Notes under the pieces: generated by a model
Told to the model about the DNA's origin: nothing
Database searches by the model: none
What the model saw: only the letters and a program-made list of their open reading frames with translations
Shown here: positions 20,251 to 31,520 of the stretch, piece after piece
How positions within the stretch are numbered: position 1 is the first letter of the stretch
Layout of the letters: each line of letters starts with the position of its first letter
DNA from: Candidatus Latescibacterota bacterium
Lineage (GTDB): Bacteria > Latescibacterota > UBA2968 > GCA-2709665
Length of the DNA stretch: 64,000 nt
Direction of reading: 5' to 3'
NCBI GenBank assembly: GCA_965248435.1
Contig: OZ252100.1
Location: 5,024,001-5,088,000, forward strand
Translations under genes and position numbers: made by a program

Positions 20251-21102
20251 TCAGTGCGCGCTCAGCATGCGAACGAGCCTGGCAAGGGTCTGGACCGTTT
20301 GTCCCCTGCCCAGGGCCTTGTAGGTATGAGCCAGGTTGACCATCATCCGCGTCAGGATTTCCCGGTCCGAGACCTCCCTGAGGGAATTCTCCTTGAACGG
20401 GATTCCCGAACGCGTCAGCATGTCCGCGCACTCGTTTCGCGTCAGGATCTGACCTTTGTTGAAGGGATCCAGGAAGATATCCCTGTCTTCATCGGTCTTG
20501 TATTTCACGATGAAATGAAAGGGCATTCCTACGCCGGCGAAGGGGAGATCGAGCCGCCGCGCGAGGAGGAGGGTGATTGTCGACAGCGCGATGGGCAGCC
20601 CTCGCTTCCGATCCATCACTCGATTCAAGAAGCTGTTGTCCGGGTCCGGACAGGAGCTGTAGTTCTCCTGCCCCCGGAACCCGTGGGTTTTGAACAGGAA
20701 GTGGTTCATACATCGGATGACCCGGATCGGGTGATCTCTGGAGGAGATTTGAGGCCTCAGGACGGCGGCCATCCGGTCGAGCCGGTCGGCGTAGCGATCG
20801 AGGGCGGCGTCCGGATATCCGAGTTTCGCGAGCGTAAAGGCACCCGCTTCAAGGTCCACGTCGCCTTCTTGTGTCACGGCAAGCCGGCTGAATTGCTGCT
20901 CGAGGGACGGTTCCCTGAGGCGGCGGAGCACGTCTTCGACCTCCTGCCTTGCCCGGGTGCCGACCTCTGCCGCGTCCAGGATCTGGTTGACGCGCGCCTT
21001 CCCCATCTCGAAGAGCTGTTTACGAACGCTGTTCAGGATCTCCTCATCCCTGTCGGAAAGGAGGGAGAGGATCGCTTCGATCTGAGTCGGTTCCAGTCTC
21101 AC
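20251..21102 (-). CDS. SirB1-family transglutaminase-like protein
   Basis: [33 protein letters not shown]. Confidence 0.85.
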   Translation of the reverse strand: MRLEPTQIEAILSLLSDRDEEILNSVRKQLFEMGKARVNQILDAAEVGTRARQEVEDVLRRLREPSLEQQFSRLAVTQEGDVDLEAGAFTLAKLGYPDAALDRYADRLDRMAAVLRPQISSRDHPIRVIRCMNHFLFKTHGFRGQENYSSCPDPDNSFLNRVMDRKRGLPIALSTITLLLARRLDLPFAGVGMPFHFIVKYKTDEDRDIFLDPFNKGQILTRNECADMLTRSGIPFKENSLREVSDREILTRMMVNLAHTYKALGRGQTVQTLARLVRMLSAH

Positions 21103-22973
21103 GCCTTCTGCCTCTGTTTCAAGGATACCATCAGCACCGATATGTCGGCGGGCGAAACACCCGGGATCCGGGATGCCTGGCCGAGCGACCTCGGCCGCAC
21201 CCTGGAAAACTTCTCGGCGGCTTCACGCGAAAGGGCGGACAACGTTCCGTAGTCCAACCCATCGGGGATCCTCCGGTCTTCCAGACCCTTGAAACGCGCG
21301 ACCTGTTCCTCCTGGCGTTTGATGTAGCCTTCGTACTTGATCTCTATTTCGACGGATTCCTTCTCGTCTTCGGTGAGCACGAAAGGAGAGGAACAGTGCG
21401 TCTCGACGATCCCGTAGTCGAGTTCCGGCCGGCGAAGCAGGTCGGCCAGAGAGGCGGATTGCGTCAGGGCTGAAGAGCCTGCAGCCCTGAGATCGTGCTG
21501 CACCGTGTCTGAAGGTGAAAGCCTCTGCTGCTCGAGACGTTGCCGCTCTCGCGCGATCGAATCTCTTCGCCGCGCGAAACGATCGAACTGGTCACCTCCC
21601 ACGAGTCCGACGCGGTATCCGAGCTCCGTCAGCCGCAGATCGGCGTTGTCCTGTCGGAGCAGGAGGCGGTACTCGGCCAGGGAGGTAAACATCCGATAGG
21701 GTTCGTCGGCGCCTTTCGTGACGAGGTCATCGATCAACACGCCGATGTAGGCCAGTGACCGGTCGAGGACGAGTGGCGTTTCTTCCTTGACGCAAAGCGC
21801 AGCGTTGATTCCGGCCACGATGCCCTGGGCGGCGGCCTCCTCGTAGCCCGTCGTACCGTTGATCTGTCCCGCGAAATAGAGCCCATCGACCGGCTTGGTC
21901 TCCAGGGTGGGTCGGATCTGAGTGGGGGGGACATAGTCGTATTCGATCGCATAGGCAGGCCGCATGATCTGGGCGTTTCGGAGGCCGGGGATGCTTCTCA
22001 CGACTTCCAGTTGAACCTCCTCCGGAAGGCTCATGGACAGCCCGTTCAAGTAGACTTCAAGGGTGTTGTATCCCTCGGGCTCGAGAAAGACCTGGTGGCG
22101 CTCCTTGTCTGGGAACTTGACGACCTTGTCTTCGACAGAAGGGCAGTAGCGTGGACCCGCGGAAACGATACGGCCGCTGTAGAGCGCTGACCGGTCGAGG
22201 CTTCGCCGAATGATGTCGTGCGTCTCCGGCGTCGTCGCCGTGAGATGGCAGGGGAGCTGCTCCTGGGTGATCTTTTCGGTCCGGTAAGAAAACGGTCTGG
22301 GATGCTCGTCTCCGGGCTGTTCTTCGGTGTCGGCAAAGTCGATGCTGCGGGCGTTCACTCTGGGCGGCGTGCCGGTCTTGAGTCGGCCGAGTTTGAACCC
22401 GAGGCGGCGAAGGCCATCCGACGCGCGTTCTGCAGGGGGCTCGCCTGCACGGCCCGCCCCGTAGCTTCGGTCACCGACGTGGATCAATCCCTTCAGGAAG
22501 GTTCCGGTCGTCATAATGACGGTCCTGCCGTGGATGACCTGATCCGAATCGGTCACGATCCCTTTCACGCGCGAACGATCGACGAGCAGTTCTTCGAGCG
22601 TGCCCTGTTTCAGGTCGAGGTGCGGCTGACCTTCGATCACACGCTTCATCCTGAACTGGTAGGCCTTCTTGTCGGCCTGTGCGCGCGGTGCCTGGACCGC
22701 CGGGCCCTTTCGGAGGTTGAGCATCCGGAACTGAAGGCCCGTCGCGTCGATGTTGAGCGCCATCTCTCCACCGAGCGCGTCGATTTCGCGGACCATGTGA
22801 CCCTTGGCGATGCCCCCGACGGCAGGGTTGCACGACATCTGTGCCACCGTGTCTAGGTTCATCGTGAGCAGCAGGGTCTCGCAACCCATTCGGGCTGCCG
22901 CAAGGGCCGCCTCGGTTCCGGCGTGTCCTGCGCCGACCACAATCACGTCATACTGTTTGTCTGAAGTCCACAT
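21099..22973 (-). CDS. mnmG: tRNA uridine 5-carboxymethylaminomethyl modification enzyme
   Basis: GAGHAG, MSCNPAVGG, RLKTGTPPR, GQINGTTGYEEAAAQG. Confidence 0.98.
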   Translation of the reverse strand: MWTSDKQYDVIVVGAGHAGTEAALAAARMGCETLLLTMNLDTVAQMSCNPAVGGIAKGHMVREIDALGGEMALNIDATGLQFRMLNLRKGPAVQAPRAQADKKAYQFRMKRVIEGQPHLDLKQGTLEELLVDRSRVKGIVTDSDQVIHGRTVIMTTGTFLKGLIHVGDRSYGAGRAGEPPAERASDGLRRLGFKLGRLKTGTPPRVNARSIDFADTEEQPGDEHPRPFSYRTEKITQEQLPCHLTATTPETHDIIRRSLDRSALYSGRIVSAGPRYCPSVEDKVVKFPDKERHQVFLEPEGYNTLEVYLNGLSMSLPEEVQLEVVRSIPGLRNAQIMRPAYAIEYDYVPPTQIRPTLETKPVDGLYFAGQINGTTGYEEAAAQGIVAGINAALCVKEETPLVLDRSLAYIGVLIDDLVTKGADEPYRMFTSLAEYRLLLRQDNADLRLTELGYRVGLVGGDQFDRFARRRDSIARERQRLEQQRLSPSDTVQHDLRAAGSSALTQSASLADLLRRPELDYGIVETHCSSPFVLTEDEKESVEIEIKYEGYIKRQEEQVARFKGLEDRRIPDGLDYGTLSALSREAAEKFSRVRPRSLGQASRIPGVSPADISVLMVSLKQRQKA

Positions 22974-22994
22974 TTTCGTCGCTCTAAAAAGAAC

Positions 22995-23250
22995 GGGTAC
23001 CGGGAAACCAAAACACGGGTACCGGGTACCGGAAAACTGTCGTTCGCATACCCTATCTAATCGCGTGTGGCACGGGCGGCTTGTCCGCCCGTGGAAAACG
23101 ACTCACTTTTTGAATCACAAAACACGTTCATCACTACCCACCGGCAGCAAGCTGCCGGTGCCACACCACCTACTTTGCTTGATCAACTTCAAGCTGATTC
23201 CGGAGCTCAATCAATTGCCCGCGATCGACGAACGACGATCAACGATCCAC
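22995..23250. repeat. Repeat mosaic: GGTACC element, GTGGCAC REP pair and heptamer run
   Basis: GGGTACCGGGAAACCAAAACACGGGTACCGGGTACCG 22995-23031; GTGGCAC 23067 to GTGCCAC 23164. Confidence 0.75.
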
Positions 23251-23302
23251 GGTATTTAGCTGCCAGTGAAGAACGATATTTCCTTCCCGTTCCCCTCCAG
23301 GT

Positions 23303-24328
23303 CTACGATGCTCGATCCTCGAACGTCTCTACCTCAAAGCCCAAGTCTTCGATCATCTGGTGGGCTTCGTAGATCCCCTGACCGCCGGTCGTCAGATAGC
23401 CGTCCACGAACATGGAGTTGGCCGGGTAGAGCGAAAGGGCCTGAAGGGATCGCAGATTGTGTTCTCTGCCCCCAGCCACACGAATCTCTTTGCTCGGGTT
23501 CAGGAATCGGAAGAGGCAGAGGACCTTCAGGCAGAATTGCGGCGTCAGGTCGTTTTTTCCCTCGAGCGGTGTCGCATCGATCGGATGGAGGAAGTTGACC
23601 GGGATGGAATCGACGTCGAGTTCCCTCAGGGCGAGCGCGAGGTCGACGATGTCTTCCTCCGCCTCTCCCATTCCGATAATCCCCCCGCAGCAGATCGAGA
23701 GGCCGACCTTCTTCAGGATCCTGAGCGTCTCCAGCCGATCCTCGTAGGTGTGCGTGCTGCAGATCTCCGGATGGTGGCTGCGACTGGTGTTGAGATTGTG
23801 GTTCACCCGATCCACGCCGGCCGCTTTGAGGGCGCTGGCCTTGTCCTCATCCAGAAGGCCCATACAGCAGCAGATCTCGATGTCGACGGAGCGTTTGATC
23901 TCTCTCACGACGTCGGCCATCTCGTCCACCTCGCCGCGCGTCGGTCCTCGCCCGCTCGTGACGATACAGAACCGCAATGCCTTCGCTTCCTTTGCCTTGT
24001 GGGCATCCTGGAGGATCTGGTCCTTCGAGCGCAAGGTATATTTTTCGATCGGTGCCGAAGAAACGGAGGACTGCGAACAGTAGGCACAGTCTTCCGGACA
24101 GAGGCCGCTCTTCGCGTTCATCAGGAGGTGGAGGTGGACGCGACGTCCAAAGTAATGTTCTCTGACCTGGAACGCTGCTCCGAGGAGGGAGAAGAGTTCA
24201 TCGTCCGGACACTGGAGGACGGACCGGGTTTCGGGCCCTGACAGGATTTCATCACCGAGTGCCTTGTCGGCCAAGCGAGTAAAGAGCGAGGGCTGAGAGA
24301 CCGCTTCGAATGTGCTGGAAATGTTCAT
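23303..24328 (-). CDS. bioB: Biotin synthase
   Basis: CPEDCAYCSQS, NHNLNTS, SIPVNFL, IRVAGGRE. Confidence 0.95.
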   Translation of the reverse strand: MNISSTFEAVSQPSLFTRLADKALGDEILSGPETRSVLQCPDDELFSLLGAAFQVREHYFGRRVHLHLLMNAKSGLCPEDCAYCSQSSVSSAPIEKYTLRSKDQILQDAHKAKEAKALRFCIVTSGRGPTRGEVDEMADVVREIKRSVDIEICCCMGLLDEDKASALKAAGVDRVNHNLNTSRSHHPEICSTHTYEDRLETLRILKKVGLSICCGGIIGMGEAEEDIVDLALALRELDVDSIPVNFLHPIDATPLEGKNDLTPQFCLKVLCLFRFLNPSKEIRVAGGREHNLRSLQALSLYPANSMFVDGYLTTGGQGIYEAHQMIEDLGFEVETFEDRAS

Positions 24329-25302
24329 CAGTACGTGCCCGCAACCCTTCCTCTCTGCTGGATGAGCGGGAGAACAACGTCTATCGTCGGCGTTTCTACC
24401 CCGACGAGACGTCCCACCTCCTGAACAACGGTCAAAAGCGCGTCGACTTCCATAGGCCTTCCCCGTTCGAGGTCCTGAAGCATCGAAGTCTTGTGGGCGC
24501 CCACGGCTGCCGCGCCGGCGATGCGCTTGTCGACGTCCACACCGAACCGAACACCCAGTTTCTCCCCGATCGCCTGCGCCTCCAGCATCATGGACCGCGC
24601 GACGGATTGCGTTCCAGGATCCGTGGCGATCACGTCGAGCGTCTCGTGGGTCAGCGCGCTGATCGGGTTGAAGCAGAGGTTGCCCCACAACTTGGTCCAG
24701 ATCTCGTTTCGGATCTGGGACCGTATGGGCGCTTTGAGCCCGGCCTTCTTGAGAGATTGGCTGAGTTTTGCGATTCGCTCGGTCTTTTCTCCGCTCGGCT
24801 CGCCAAGGGTGAATCGATCCCCCTTGATGTGCTGGATGACGCCCGGCTCGGTGACCTCGGCTGCCGGATAGATCACGCAGCCGATGGCGCGCCCCGGGCC
24901 GATTCGGTCCCAAATTCTGCCCCCGGGGTCAACGCTATCGAGACGATGATCCCGCCAGGGGCCTTCCACGCGATAGAAGTACCACCAGGGTATCCCGTTG
25001 ACGCCGTGGACGACCGCGGTCTCCGGACCCAGGAGCGGCTGGATGGTATCGACGATGCCGGGCAGGGCGTGGGCCTTGAGCGTGATAAAAACGACGTCCT
25101 GGGGGCCCACTTCGGCGGGGCTGTCGGTGCAACCGGGATGGGCGAAGCGTTCCACGCCGCCGGTGAGCAGCTTGACGCCGTTTGACCGCATCGCTTCCAG
25201 ATGCGGGCCCCTTGCGATCAGCGTGACGTCTTCCCCCGCCAGCGAAAGCTCGACGCCGAGATAGCCGCCGATCGCGCCGGCGCCGTAGATGCAGATTCGC
25301 AT
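24328..25302 (-). CDS. Ketopantoate reductase family protein, PanE2/oxalyl-CoA reductase-like
   Basis: GAGAIGG, NGIPWWYF, KLWGNLCFNP, HKTSMLQD. Confidence 0.85.
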   Translation of the reverse strand: MRICIYGAGAIGGYLGVELSLAGEDVTLIARGPHLEAMRSNGVKLLTGGVERFAHPGCTDSPAEVGPQDVVFITLKAHALPGIVDTIQPLLGPETAVVHGVNGIPWWYFYRVEGPWRDHRLDSVDPGGRIWDRIGPGRAIGCVIYPAAEVTEPGVIQHIKGDRFTLGEPSGEKTERIAKLSQSLKKAGLKAPIRSQIRNEIWTKLWGNLCFNPISALTHETLDVIATDPGTQSVARSMMLEAQAIGEKLGVRFGVDVDKRIAGAAAVGAHKTSMLQDLERGRPMEVDALLTVVQEVGRLVGVETPTIDVVLPLIQQRGRVAGTY

Positions 25303-26831
25303 CAGCCGAGGCCCAGCTTCTCGGCCAGACCGATACGTTGGAGCTTTCCCGTCGCCCCTTTGGGGATCTCGTCGATGAAGAGGACCTTCCGCGGCACTTT
25401 GAATGCTGCCAACCGATCCGAGGCGAACGTCTGGATCTCACGTTCGGTCGCCTCCCCATCTTCTCGAAGGACAATCGCCGCGGCGACATCTTCACCCAGA
25501 CTCTTGTGCGGCATGGCGAATGTGACGACCTGCTGCACGGCTGGATGATCCATGAGTACGTCGTCCACCTCTCGGGGTGAAATCTTTTCGCCACCACGGT
25601 TAATGATCTCTTTGAGTCGACCGGTGATAGACAAGTAGCCGTCCTCATCGAAGACACCCTGATCGCCCGTTCGGAACCATCCCTCCACGAAACTTTCCTG
25701 ATTGGCTTTGGGATTGTTCTCATAGCCCGGTGTGACGTTCGACCCTCTGATCACAATCTCTCCGACCTCTCCTTGCGCGAGAAGCGAAGGCCCTGATTCG
25801 TCCATAACCGCCACTTCCGGCCCCGCCGCCGGCCCAACCGTCCCCGCTTTGCGTTGACCCGGGGGGAGCTGGTTACACGTCATCTGATGCGCCGCTTCCG
25901 TCATTGCGTAGGCTTCCACAACCGGGGCGCCGAAGGTCTTTTCGAGTTCGGCCATGACCTGGGGCGGTAAGGAGGATGAGGAGGAGCGGATGAATCGCAG
26001 ATTCGCAGCGGCGACGATTTCCGGATTTCGTTTTGCGCGCGAAAGGACGGTCTGATGCATCGTAGGCACAGCCGTATACCAGCTTGGCTTTGCTCGATCC
26101 AGCCAGGAGAAGAATCGGAGCGCGTCAAAGCCTGGTGTACAGAAGACGCTGGCACCGGTGGCAAGGGTTGACAGGATGGCGGCCATCAGGCCGTGGATGT
26201 GGAACAGGGGCATGACGTTCATACAGCGATCAACGGCAGTCAGATTCAACGTGGTTCGGATGTTTCGTGCTGAAGCGCACACGTTGGCGTGGGTAAGCGG
26301 TACGATCTTGGGCCTGGACGTCGTCCCTGAAGTATGAAGAATGAGCGCGACGTCACCCGGACCTGCAAAACCCGGAGATTCCGCCTCCCCGTCCTCCACT
26401 TCAGCGGAAGGCCGGATATCGAAGACCCCGGCAGGTCGATTCGGTTCGGTTGAAAGCTCGAGTATCTGGATGTTTGTGGCCGCTGCAGCTTCTATCGCGG
26501 GGGAATCGCTCCCCTTTTCAACCAGGAGCGCCTTAGCCCCGAGATCTGACAGGTAAAAGTTGAATTCTTCCTGTCGATAGGCGGGGTTGAGCGGCGCGGT
26601 GGTCGCACCGGAGGCGATTGAGACGAAAGAAACTGCCATTTCCGGGCCATTCGGAAGGACGATGGCGATCCGGTCGTTTCGGCCGATGCCCAAGCGGTTA
26701 AGAGTTTTTACCGTTTTCTCAACGTGTAGGCGAAGATCCTCATACGTGAGCGAAGGCCGTTCCAGACCGTTGATGGCAACGGCGTCGCTGCCCGCGCCAA
26801 TCAAGTCGCGTATGGTTGAGGCTGCGGACAT
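25302..26831 (-). CDS. Acyl-CoA synthetase, oxalate-CoA ligase-like
   Basis: LHTSGTTSRPKIVPL, PLFHIHGL, EAYAMTEAAHQM, GEKISPREVD. Confidence 0.88.
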   Translation of the reverse strand: MSAASTIRDLIGAGSDAVAINGLERPSLTYEDLRLHVEKTVKTLNRLGIGRNDRIAIVLPNGPEMAVSFVSIASGATTAPLNPAYRQEEFNFYLSDLGAKALLVEKGSDSPAIEAAAATNIQILELSTEPNRPAGVFDIRPSAEVEDGEAESPGFAGPGDVALILHTSGTTSRPKIVPLTHANVCASARNIRTTLNLTAVDRCMNVMPLFHIHGLMAAILSTLATGASVFCTPGFDALRFFSWLDRAKPSWYTAVPTMHQTVLSRAKRNPEIVAAANLRFIRSSSSSLPPQVMAELEKTFGAPVVEAYAMTEAAHQMTCNQLPPGQRKAGTVGPAAGPEVAVMDESGPSLLAQGEVGEIVIRGSNVTPGYENNPKANQESFVEGWFRTGDQGVFDEDGYLSITGRLKEIINRGGEKISPREVDDVLMDHPAVQQVVTFAMPHKSLGEDVAAAIVLREDGEATEREIQTFASDRLAAFKVPRKVLFIDEIPKGATGKLQRIGLAEKLGLG

Positions 26832-27213
26832 GGATCACTCCAGCGTGCGGGGAAGAAAGCCGGGACGACAAATCACGGCCGCGATCGGTGAGCGTATCGG
26901 ACGACTACTGCCATTTCCGCGGACCAGGGAAGGGCCGCCGCCGCAGGCGAAGATACCTGCCTCTGAAAATGAGATAAACAGTCGAAACAGGTCCTGGCGT
27001 TCCTAAGAATGGGGCTCAAAAAGCCTTTTATAAAGCGATAAATCAAAATATAGCATCGCCTACAGGTTCAGACAAGGTAATTCCCTGAATCGAATCTCTG
27101 GAGTGCCATCACACTTTATTTTGAAGTAGATTTTTCGTTTCGATTGGTTACATTAAGACCGACCTGTTTCCGAATCATCGAATCCGTCGGGCAAATTTCT
27201 AGGGGATACAGCT

Positions 27214-27528
27214 ATGGAAGACGAGAACTCCGAGGACAATAAGCGGCGAAATGAGCGGGTAAGGCTGGATCTCCCTATCGAGGCGAGAGTGGGTGATGGG
27301 GATCATATGGACCTGCAGATCGTGGACATCAGCTCCACCGGGATGCAGATCAGGACGGACAATTTCGACGTCTTGAAGGACGGGTTCGATGCCCAGCACA
27401 ATACGGCCAAGTTTGAAATTCGAATGGTCGCTCGTCTTGCGTGGGCACGGCCAGACCCGAATGGAACCTTCGTGACGGGATGGGAATTCGATCGGGAGGA
27501 TGACGAGGGCGAGGCGCGGATTGGATAG
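27214..27528 (+). CDS. PilZ-domain protein
   Basis: RRNER and DISSTG c-di-GMP-binding motifs. Confidence 0.8.
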   Translation: MEDENSEDNKRRNERVRLDLPIEARVGDGDHMDLQIVDISSTGMQIRTDNFDVLKDGFDAQHNTAKFEIRMVARLAWARPDPNGTFVTGWEFDREDDEGEARIG

Positions 27529-27602
27529 AGGTCAAACGCCCCTGGCGATCGATGGTCTTTGCCCTATAGGCCCCGGGAATCGGGTTCAGTCAAGAAAGAT
27601 GC

Positions 27603-28301
27603 GTGATGTCGGCACTGCTGAACAAACTTGAAGTGATTTGTTCCAAGAATCCGACATCACTCCTGTTTGCTCGTCTGGCCGAAGGAGTTCTCCGCCAGAA
27701 TGATCTGAAGAGGGCGCAGGATATCTGTCGTCGAGGCCTGCGTTATCGGCCCTCTTATGCGGCCGGGCACCTCGTTATGGGAAAATGTTACCTGGCCTCC
27801 GAGCGGTTCGAAGACGCGCGGCAGGAGTTTCACAAGGTACTTCAGCTCGATTCGGATAATCTGGCGGCGTTGTGGTACCTGGGTCAGGTCGAGCTTGAAC
27901 TGGGGTTTGAAGACAGAGCGCTTGGCCTTCTCGAGCGGGCCTACGTCCTCGATTCGTTCAACAGCGAGTTGGCCGAGCGGATCGAGATGCTGAAAAAGGG
28001 GAGCCGCGACGAGGGACTGGGTGAATCGGGTCTGTCGCTTGGACCCGGTTTGCAGGTCGAGATCGAGGCCGCGGCCGCCGACCAGGACTTGACTGCACTG
28101 GTCGAAGAGATCGGGGGAGACGGCGCGGCATCCGAGAATTTAGAGCCGATTGCAACATCCACTCTGGCAGAACTTTATGCCGAACAAGGTCTCATGCGTA
28201 AGGCGCTGGACATCCTGGAGCGGGTTCACCTGCGAGATCCGGAAGATCTGGGCGTGAAACAGCGCCTGGAAGAACTCAGGTCATCCTTCGGGGTCTCATA
28301 A
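27603..28301 (+). CDS. Tetratricopeptide repeat protein
   Basis: TPR-like repeats; TSTLAELYAEQG motif. Confidence 0.8.
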   Translation: MMSALLNKLEVICSKNPTSLLFARLAEGVLRQNDLKRAQDICRRGLRYRPSYAAGHLVMGKCYLASERFEDARQEFHKVLQLDSDNLAALWYLGQVELELGFEDRALGLLERAYVLDSFNSELAERIEMLKKGSRDEGLGESGLSLGPGLQVEIEAAAADQDLTALVEEIGGDGAASENLEPIATSTLAELYAEQGLMRKALDILERVHLRDPEDLGVKQRLEELRSSFGVS

Positions 28302-28328
28302 CAAGCTGGACAAGGATCGCGTTCGCCC

Positions 28329-28886
28329 TTGGTTCCGACATCTGAATTTCGAAACGGAATGGTGCTGCGTTTGGAGGGACAGCTCTACTTTATGGTGGAG
28401 TTCGATCCCTTCAAACCGGGAAAAGGGGCCGCTGTCGTCCGAACGCGTCTCAAGAGCGTCAAAACGGGTGCCGTTATCGATCGCACGTTTCGTTCTGGAG
28501 AACGCGTTGAGGATGTGCGGCTCGAGCGGCGCAAGATGCAGTATCTCTACAAGTCGAACGACGTATATGTTTTTATGGACAGCGAGACGTATGATCAGTT
28601 CGAACTGAACGACGAAACCCTCGGCGATGCCGTCAAGTACCTCAAGGAAAATCAAGGCGTGGAAGTGCTCGTGGCAGAGAACAGACCCCTCGGTGTAGAG
28701 CTTCCTATCTTCGTCGAATTGGAGGTGACGCAGACCGATCCCGGCGTCCGGGGCGACACCGCGAGTGGGGGTACGAAGCCCGCTGTTTTGGAAACGGGCG
28801 CTTCCGTTCAGGTGCCTCTGTTCGTCGAGACAGGGAATGTTCTCAAGATCGACACCCGCAGCGATGCCTACGTCGAGCGCGTTTGA
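28329..28886 (+). CDS. efp: Elongation factor P
   Basis: KPGKG, PGVRGDTASGGTKPA; TTG start. Confidence 0.97.
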   Translation: MVPTSEFRNGMVLRLEGQLYFMVEFDPFKPGKGAAVVRTRLKSVKTGAVIDRTFRSGERVEDVRLERRKMQYLYKSNDVYVFMDSETYDQFELNDETLGDAVKYLKENQGVEVLVAENRPLGVELPIFVELEVTQTDPGVRGDTASGGTKPAVLETGASVQVPLFVETGNVLKIDTRSDAYVERV

Positions 28887-28898
28887 AAAGGAGCCGGA

Positions 28899-29351
28899 GT
28901 GCGATTTGCGAAAAGATTGATCAAGGTCATTCACGAGCTGCTGGACCAGTTCGGGGAAGACAACATCAAAGAGATCGAAGTTGAACGCGGCCTTTTCGGG
29001 ACCGGCCGGATCCGCGTGGTCAAGGCGTTCGATGAGATCCCGACCCGCGCGGCGCATCGGGTCGTACCCGAGAGGGCCACGCCCCCTCCAACAGACGACG
29101 CTTCAGACGGCTTTCATACGATCCACTCGCCGATGGTGGGGATGTTCTACCGTGCCCCAGGGCCCGACGCCCCATCTCACGTAGAGGAGGGAGACACGGT
29201 GGCACCCGGCCAAACCCTCGCCATCATAGAGGCGATGAAGATCATGAATGAGATCGAGTCGGATATCAGAGGCAGGGTCGTCCGCATCCTGGTAGAAAAT
29301 GGCAAGCCTGTAGAGTACAACACGCCGCTTTTCCTCCTTGAACCCCTCTAA
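28899..29351 (+). CDS. accB: Biotin carboxyl carrier protein
   Basis: [17 protein letters not shown]. Confidence 0.95.
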   Translation: MRFAKRLIKVIHELLDQFGEDNIKEIEVERGLFGTGRIRVVKAFDEIPTRAAHRVVPERATPPPTDDASDGFHTIHSPMVGMFYRAPGPDAPSHVEEGDTVAPGQTLAIIEAMKIMNEIESDIRGRVVRILVENGKPVEYNTPLFLLEPL

Positions 29352-29397
29352 GCTTCTCTCCCACAACTTCCTTCCATTGACACCTACCGAATCAGGT

Positions 29398-30747
29398 TTG
29401 TTTCCTTTCGATAAAATCCTCGTGGCCGACCGGGGCGAAATCGCCCTCCGGGTGATTCGGGCCTGTAAAGAGCTCGGCATCAGGACCGTTGCCGTTTATT
29501 CCGAGGCGGACACGAATTCGCTTCACGTCGGCCTGGCCGATGAGGACGTCTGCATCGGGCCGCCACCGGGAGACCAGAGTTATCAGAATGTCACCCGCAT
29601 CCTGAGTGCTGCGGAGGTGACGAACGCCGATGCCATTCATCCTGGTTACGGACCCCTGGCCGAGAACGCGGAGTTCGCGGAAATCTGCAGGGCGTGTGGG
29701 ATCACCTTTATCGGGCCCTCGACCGAGTCCATTCGATTGATGGGGGACAAGGCCACGGCCAGACGGACGATGATGGAGGCCGGGCTCCCCCTCTCTTCGG
29801 GTACGGGTCTCATTTCGGATCTGGATGAGGCCAGAGCGGCCGCTCCGGGAATCGGATATCCACTTCGACTGAAAGCGGTCGCGGGCGGGGGCGGGCGGGG
29901 AATGCGCACGGTTCGGTCTGCGGATGAGCTGGAGAAGGCGTGGCAGATCGCGAAGGCCGAAGCCGGGGCGGCGTTCGTGACGGACGGACTGTATCTGGAG
30001 AAGGAGATCGAAGGCGCCAGGCACGTCGAGTTTCAGATTATGGGTGACCAGGAAGGAAACGTGGCACATCTGGGCGAGCGGGAATGTTCCGTCCAGCGTC
30101 GCGCACAGAAGCTCATAGAAGAATCACCTTCGCCTGCGGTAAACGAAGACCTCAGGCAGAGGATGGGAGAAGACGCGGTCCGGGCCGCTCGCAGCGTCGG
30201 TTATTCGAGTGTAGGAACGGTGGAGTTCCTGTTGGACCAGGAAAAGAATTATTTCTTCATGGAGATGAACACGCGAATTCAGGTGGAACATCCAATTACC
30301 GAGATCAGAACAGGATTCGATCTCGTAAAGGCCCAAATCCAGATTGCGGCGGGACAGTCGATGGGAAAAGTCTACTCCGCGTTTGCGCCAGTCGGACACG
30401 CGATCGAGTGCAGGATCAACGCCGAAGACCCGGAGCGCAATTTCCAACCGACGCCTGGAAAGATAACGGCCTTTCATATCCCCGGAGGGCCGGGCATACG
30501 CGTTGACACGCACGTCTACGCCGGGTACGAGGTGCCCTCGGAGTACGATTCACTGCTCGCGAAGCTGATCGCGGCCGGAAGGACACGCGAAGAGACGATC
30601 GCCCGAGTCCTCCGCGCGCTGGAGGAGTTCGTCATCGAAGGGGTTAGCACGACGATTCCGTTCCACCTCAAGGCGCTCTGCCACCCCGATTTTCAGGCTG
30701 GACGCATTACGACCGATTTTGTGGAGCGACTCGATCTACCCATGTGA
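29398..30747 (+). CDS. accC: Biotin carboxylase
   Basis: [24 protein letters not shown]; start codon uncertain. Confidence 0.95.
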   Translation: MFPFDKILVADRGEIALRVIRACKELGIRTVAVYSEADTNSLHVGLADEDVCIGPPPGDQSYQNVTRILSAAEVTNADAIHPGYGPLAENAEFAEICRACGITFIGPSTESIRLMGDKATARRTMMEAGLPLSSGTGLISDLDEARAAAPGIGYPLRLKAVAGGGGRGMRTVRSADELEKAWQIAKAEAGAAFVTDGLYLEKEIEGARHVEFQIMGDQEGNVAHLGERECSVQRRAQKLIEESPSPAVNEDLRQRMGEDAVRAARSVGYSSVGTVEFLLDQEKNYFFMEMNTRIQVEHPITEIRTGFDLVKAQIQIAAGQSMGKVYSAFAPVGHAIECRINAEDPERNFQPTPGKITAFHIPGGPGIRVDTHVYAGYEVPSEYDSLLAKLIAAGRTREETIARVLRALEEFVIEGVSTTIPFHLKALCHPDFQAGRITTDFVERLDLPM

Positions 30748-30793
30748 TCGTCGCGGTGTTGTCTCCATCTTCTGATTCACCCGGTGCACCCGT

Positions 30794-30922
30794 GTAGTCG
30801 CACCCTTCAGGGTGCGGCAGGCGCGCACGCATCCGTAGGACCTGCCCCAAACGGATTCCTAGACTGACGAAGGGTTCGATCATTTCGCCAGGATACCCCG
30901 CAGGCTGAAGCCTGCGACTACA
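30794..30922. repeat. GTAG-type REP doublet (REPIN-like)
   Basis: GTAGTCGCACCCTTCAGGGTGCG paired with CGCAGGCTGAAGCCTGCGACTAC. Confidence 0.75.
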
Positions 30923-31019
30923 GCCAAGATCTGATTGATCTGAAACGCGAGAATATTTCCCTGTAGGGGCGTCTCTACCACATTCGAACCGTCAATATAT
31001 CGCTGAAAGGAGAACCCAA

Positions 31020-31403
31020 ATGTCGGAGGTCCCCAAGGATCTTCTCTACAGCTCGGAACACGACTGGCTGCGTGTGGAAGAAGGTCTGGGCGTGACCGGA
31101 ATCACCGAATATGCTCAATCGGAACTCGGAGATATCGTCTTTCTGGAACTCCCCATAGTGGGTCATCGAATCCAGCAGGGAGAGGCCTACGGAACGGTCG
31201 AGGCGGTCAAGACGGTGGCGGACCTCTACGCACCCGTGTCCGGCAAGGTCACCGATGTGAATTCGGCGTTGGAAGAGGACGCTGCGAGGGTGAACACCGA
31301 CCCTTACGGGGAGGGCTGGATCCTGAAGATCGCGATCGAGGATCAGGCGGAACTGAAGACGCTCTTGACCCCGGATGCCTATTCGGAACTCATCCAGGGG
31401 TAG
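31020..31403 (+). CDS. gcvH: Glycine cleavage system H protein
   Basis: GITEYAQSELGDIVF, EAVK lipoyl site, DPYGEGW. Confidence 0.95.
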   Translation: MSEVPKDLLYSSEHDWLRVEEGLGVTGITEYAQSELGDIVFLELPIVGHRIQQGEAYGTVEAVKTVADLYAPVSGKVTDVNSALEEDAARVNTDPYGEGWILKIAIEDQAELKTLLTPDAYSELIQG

Positions 31404-31520
31404 TCGCGTCAGAATATCGACGACCCCCGCTTCCGTCGTTGCGCAAAAAACTTGACTTTTTTGTAATAAAGTCCTTACTTTTATAAACTTAAACCAAAAT
31501 GACCGGTTCCACATCTTCCC

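Noticed and set aside
23303-24913. N-terminally extended BioB, and likewise extended SmpB, BtuD, AKR and GNAT ORFs
   Set aside because: Extensions overlap upstream genes, repeats or the riboswitch; internal starts match family lengths
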